The position numbers and the translations under genes are program-made. A stretch of 11,088 bases of DNA, taken from the NCBI GenBank assembly GCA_046861655.1, contig JBHIAI010000055.1, positions 1 to 11,088 on the forward strand, given 5' to 3'. Below, piece after piece: positions 7,785-11,088 of the stretch. The notes under the pieces are model-generated. The model ran no database searches. It had not been told where the DNA came from and worked only from the letters and a program-made list of their open reading frames with translations. Origin of the DNA: Fidelibacterota bacterium. GTDB lineage: Bacteria > Fidelibacterota > Marinisomatia > Marinisomatales > S15-B10. Position 1 is the stretch's first letter, and each line of letters starts with the position of its first letter.

Positions 7785-9161
7785 CTACCTTGCCGGCCGC
7801 ACCCCGTCACGTTGCTGGGTGGCAGCCAGGTATTCGTCTCTGGCCTGATTCAGCGATTCGATGAGATTCATCCTCTGTTGAATGAGCCCGTAGATCAGAT
7901 TCTTTCGACGGTAAAAGAGGGACAGAAACACCAGGTGCTGCCTGTAGTTGACGGCCTTCCGGTAGTAGTGAAGGGCAAAATTTCCAGTGGGAATCAGAGA
8001 AAGGGCGTACAGGCCCGTCACCCACTTATTACCGGTAAAATCCCAGATCAGCCGGGTCTGAGCCAGGTAGAAAATGATGAACGAACCCATACCCGCCAGG
8101 AGTTTTGCCGAAGAGATAAAGGTATACTGTTTGATAAGATAACGGGTGAGCAAACGGGGAATCACGTAGGGTACCACGTTGTTCACCATTCCCCACACGT
8201 ACAGGGGAAACCCCAATACCAGAAAGAGCCAGGCCTTCAGCCGCTTGCCAAACCCAATTCCTCTCCGTGTGGGCTTCAAAAACTCATCCTTGAGTTTGAG
8301 ACGTTCGAGGTTATGGAGGTATGTTTTCATCTGGGTTTCCATTTTCCGCACCCGGTCGGGATCCCTTCGAAAAAACCACCTGACAGCCGCGATGATGCCT
8401 TTGGTCACCATGAAATCATCTGTCTTCGATTGGGTGTCCAGTCCCAGATCCATCATGAGTTCCTGCTTGTAGATAGTCTCCAGAGAGTCGATGACCGCTT
8501 CAGGGTCTCCCTCATCGACCACCGCAAGCACTTTTTCCAGACCGGATCGAACCTCTCCAGTGAGGGCCCGGACAGCCTGGACGGGATCATTTTCGTAAGC
8601 TTCCCGGTAATCCAGCGGACGGATAGGCTTCCCGAAACGGCAGTACACATCGCTCCGGAACCGCTGAATATCCGAATAATTGAGGCCTACCGGAATAATC
8701 CGCACGTCCAGGCTGAACTTGTTTCTGGCCTCAACGCCCAGGGCAATCCTTGCCGTACCCGTTCTGATTTTCTGGAGTTTTCTCCCGGGTTCGCTGATCC
8801 CCTCAGGGAAGATTAGGAGAGATCCCCGGTGTTCGAGAAGATCATAGAGTTTGCCGAAGATCTCTTCGTTTCGGTCCATCTGGGTAGGGTCATCCTGACG
8901 GCGATAGACGGGAACCACCCCCATCTTTGTGAGAAACCACCGTCCCACCCGGCTGGAAAAGAGGGTGCTTTTGGTAAGAATATGGACCTTTCTGCCGGCG
9001 GCGTAACCCACCACCAGGGCATCCATGAGGGTGTTGGGATGGTTGGCTACCAGAATCGTAGCCCCATCATGGGCCACCCTCCCCCGGTGAGCCACCACGA
9101 TTCTTCGAAAGAACCGGTCGAGCGAAACAACCGCTATCAGTCGAATCAGGTGATACAACAT
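7785..9161 (-). CDS. Glycerolipid acyltransferase (PlsC/LPLAT superfamily, long form with C-terminal TM helices, 458 aa)
   Basis: Catalytic HxxxxD in ANHPNTLMD, plus GVVPVYR, LLIFPEG, RTGTARIAL and IIPVGLNY. Hydrophobic segments include AWLFLVLGFPLYVWG, LLAGMGSFIIFY and WVTGLYALSLI. Confidence 0.9.
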   Translation of the reverse strand: MLYHLIRLIAVVSLDRFFRRIVVAHRGRVAHDGATILVANHPNTLMDALVVGYAAGRKVHILTKSTLFSSRVGRWFLTKMGVVPVYRRQDDPTQMDRNEEIFGKLYDLLEHRGSLLIFPEGISEPGRKLQKIRTGTARIALGVEARNKFSLDVRIIPVGLNYSDIQRFRSDVYCRFGKPIRPLDYREAYENDPVQAVRALTGEVRSGLEKVLAVVDEGDPEAVIDSLETIYKQELMMDLGLDTQSKTDDFMVTKGIIAAVRWFFRRDPDRVRKMETQMKTYLHNLERLKLKDEFLKPTRRGIGFGKRLKAWLFLVLGFPLYVWGMVNNVVPYVIPRLLTRYLIKQYTFISSAKLLAGMGSFIIFYLAQTRLIWDFTGNKWVTGLYALSLIPTGNFALHYYRKAVNYRQHLVFLSLFYRRKNLIYGLIQQRMNLIESLNQARDEYLAATQQRDGVRPAR

Positions 9162-9173
9162 GGACAGTTCACA

Positions 9174-9887
9174 TCACGCCGTCTGTTCCCCGGTCTTCAC
9201 CGCATAGCTGAGGTAGATGAAAGGGGTATCCATGGCAGCCACCACAACTTTCAGAAGGTAGGTGGAAACGGCTATCTGAACCACCGTTCCCATGGGCAGT
9301 ATGAATTCTGTTCCCGCCAGAATCCGGGGCAAAACGGCGAAGGCCAGGAACGAGAACAGGATGGAATCGATAAGCTGGCTGACCCAGGTGCTCCCGTTGT
9401 TCCTCAGCCAGAGAAACCTTCCGCCCGTCATCTTCCGGATGGCGTGAAAGGCCCACACATCGTGAAGCTGGGAGACCAGATAGGCCGTCAGACTGGCAAG
9501 AATGATGGTGGGGGCCACCGTGAATATCTGCTTCATCCCCTCGGCCGCGCCCCAGTCTGCCCCGCTGGGCGCCAGATACAGGATGAACTGGGACATGATC
9601 ACGTAGAACATGGAGGCAAAGAATCCGATAAAAACGGCTTCCCGGGCTTCCTTTTTCCCATGGTGTTCCGCCAGCAAATCCGTGGCGAGAAAAATGGTTC
9701 CGTAGACCACGTTCCCTCCGGTGGCTGCCAGGCCAAAAAGGGTAATCTGCTTGGCTACGAAGACATTGGCCAGAACCACCGAAACGGCGACGAACCCATA
9801 CAACCAGTGTTTGCCCATCCGGAAGGCGAAAAGAGTGAAGGCCAGTCCCGCCAAGGTCTGAAGGAGAAACAGGAGTTCATTGGTCAT
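9174..9887 (-). CDS. yhhQ: Queuosine precursor transporter, YhhQ/VUT family (237 aa)
   Basis: A polytopic membrane protein with the family motifs ANVFVAKQI, GNVVYGTIFLATDLLAE..GK, ASLTAYLVSQLHD, LWLRNNGSTWVSQLIDS and YLLKVVVAAMDTPFIY. Confidence 0.9.
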   Translation of the reverse strand: MTNELLFLLQTLAGLAFTLFAFRMGKHWLYGFVAVSVVLANVFVAKQITLFGLAATGGNVVYGTIFLATDLLAEHHGKKEAREAVFIGFFASMFYVIMSQFILYLAPSGADWGAAEGMKQIFTVAPTIILASLTAYLVSQLHDVWAFHAIRKMTGGRFLWLRNNGSTWVSQLIDSILFSFLAFAVLPRILAGTEFILPMGTVVQIAVSTYLLKVVVAAMDTPFIYLSYAVKTGEQTA

Positions 9888-9909
9888 GGTTTCTTCCGGG
9901 TTGGATGGT

Positions 9910-10872
9910 TCACTCCTCTTCTTCCCAGATTCCGATCCGTTCGTATTTGGCCAGCCGCATCTCCAGCAGTTCTTCCCTGGATAACCTGGCCAGTTCGTCC
10001 AATTCCTCCAGGATTACCCCTTTCAGATCCCTGGCCACGGCGTCGTAATCCCGGTGGGCACCCCCCAGGGGTTCTTGCACGATTCTGTCACAGATGCCCA
10101 TGCTGAAGAGGTCCTGGGCCGTCACTTTCATGGCATCGGCGGCCTGCTCGGCCTTGGCGGCGTCTCGCCACAGGATGGAGGCGCAGCCCTCCGGGCTGAT
10201 AACTGAAAACCAGGTATTCTCCAGCATGATCAGGCGGTCCCCCACGCCGATACCGAGAGCACCGCCACTGGCCCCTTCTCCGATGATGATGACCAGGACG
10301 GGAACGGGTAGCATGGACATTTCCATCAGGTTTCTCGCGATGGCCTCGGCCTGACCCCGTTCTTCGGCCCCGATACCTGGGTAGGCTCCCGGTGTATCCA
10401 CCAGGGAAATCACCGGTCGGGTGAATTTCCGGGCCAGCTTCATAACACGCAGGGCCTTCCGGTATCCTTCCGGACCTGGCATGCCGAAATTGCGGAAGAG
10501 ATTGTCCTTGGTGTTCTTTCCCTTTTGCTGCCCCACGTAGACCACGTGCCTTCCGTCGATGGATCCGATTCCGGATACCACCGATCTATCGTCGCCAAAA
10601 TACCGGTCGCCGTGAAGTTCAAGGAAATTTGGAGAAAACCGTTCGATGTAATCCAGAGAATAAGGTCTCCGTGGATGCCGAGCCAGCTGCACCCGTTGCC
10701 AGCGAGAAAGGCCGGAGTAGATCTTTTTGACCAGCTTTTTCCGGCGGTCCTCCAGTCGGGTGATCTCCGACTGGAGATCGGATCCGGCTTGAGAATTCAG
10801 GGATCTTAGATCCTCTATTTTCTTGTCCAGTTCGACAATCGGCTTTTCGAAATCTAGAACGTATTCCGCCAT
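9910..10872 (-). CDS. accA: Acetyl-CoA carboxylase carboxyltransferase subunit alpha (about 320 aa)
   Basis: Motifs LDFEKPI, WQRVQLARHPRRP, ELHGDR, RNFGMP.PEGYRKALR, DTPGAYPGIGAEERGQ, GEGASGGAL, SVISPEGCASILW and EPLGGAHR. The start is ATG 10872 or 10875, downstream of GAGGG. Confidence 0.97.
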   Translation of the reverse strand: MAEYVLDFEKPIVELDKKIEDLRSLNSQAGSDLQSEITRLEDRRKKLVKKIYSGLSRWQRVQLARHPRRPYSLDYIERFSPNFLELHGDRYFGDDRSVVSGIGSIDGRHVVYVGQQKGKNTKDNLFRNFGMPGPEGYRKALRVMKLARKFTRPVISLVDTPGAYPGIGAEERGQAEAIARNLMEMSMLPVPVLVIIIGEGASGGALGIGVGDRLIMLENTWFSVISPEGCASILWRDAAKAEQAADAMKVTAQDLFSMGICDRIVQEPLGGAHRDYDAVARDLKGVILEELDELARLSREELLEMRLAKYERIGIWEEEE

Positions 10873-10879
10873 CATTCCC

Positions 10880-11088
10880 TCACAGGGCAAACAGGGTTCT
10901 CAGCAGGATCTCAAGGTCGAACGCCATGGATTGATGCTGCATGTAGTAATGCTCAAAAACGGCCGTTTCCTCAGAATTCACCTTCAACTTCTTGATCCGG
11001 TCCAGACCGGTAAGACCAGGTTTGCACAAGAGCCGGACAGGGCCGGAAGAATCGGGAATGAGGGGGCTGCCCACAAAGCTCATTTTCC
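10880..11088 (-). CDS. C-terminal end of a protein carrying a degenerate bacterial sugar transferase (PF02397, phosphoglycosyl transferase-like) domain; 5'-partial
   Basis: KMSFVG...CKPGLTGL...YYMQHQSMAFDLEILLRTL matches the canonical GxMSLVGPRP..KPGITG..Y...S..LDL.IL.KT tail. The frame is open to the window edge, so the Met at 11083 is internal. Confidence 0.8.
   Translation of the reverse strand, partial: KMSFVGSPLIPDSSGPVRLLCKPGLTGLDRIKKLKVNSEETAVFEHYYMQHQSMAFDLEILLRTLFAL

Noticed and set aside
7638..8816. 392-aa plus-strand ORF
   Set aside because: It is an antisense shadow of the acyltransferase gene and has no recognisable motifs. Such frames are common in GC-rich DNA.
8829..10106. 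425-aa plus-strand ORF
   Set aside because: It is antisense to three well-supported genes (acyltransferase, yhhQ, accA), has a G/H/Q/P-rich shadow composition and shows no domain.

Overview
An ordinary-looking, GC-rich bacterial chromosomal segment with about 10 protein-coding regions. I found no RNA genes, CRISPR arrays or transposases. The PpiD N-terminus and the sugar-transferase-domain/accA adjacency suggest an FCB-group organism, possibly Candidatus Marinimicrobia (inference from recalled similarity). From left to right: (1) a minus-strand ORF missing from the ORF track that resembles the C-terminal part of a DNA methylase and runs off the window edge; (2) a VAT-1/quinone-oxidoreductase-type MDR (-); (3) a PpiD-like SurA/parvulin chaperone (+) with a clear sigma70 promoter; (4) an intergenic gap built of 7-bp repeats; (5) an uncharacterised radical SAM enzyme with an N-terminal extension (-); (6) a Zn-dependent alcohol dehydrogenase (+); (7) a tightly packed minus-strand operon: sugar-transferase-domain protein (partial), accA, YhhQ-type queuosine precursor transporter, glycerolipid acyltransferase, thiolase-like protein, DUF35 OB-fold protein. 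The best candidate for unexplored biology is the thiolase-like/DUF35 pair. The thiolase lacks its canonical nucleophile Cys and the DUF35 partner lacks all four Zn-ribbon cysteines, and both sit in a lipid-synthesis operon. All family assignments come from motif recognition, not database searches.
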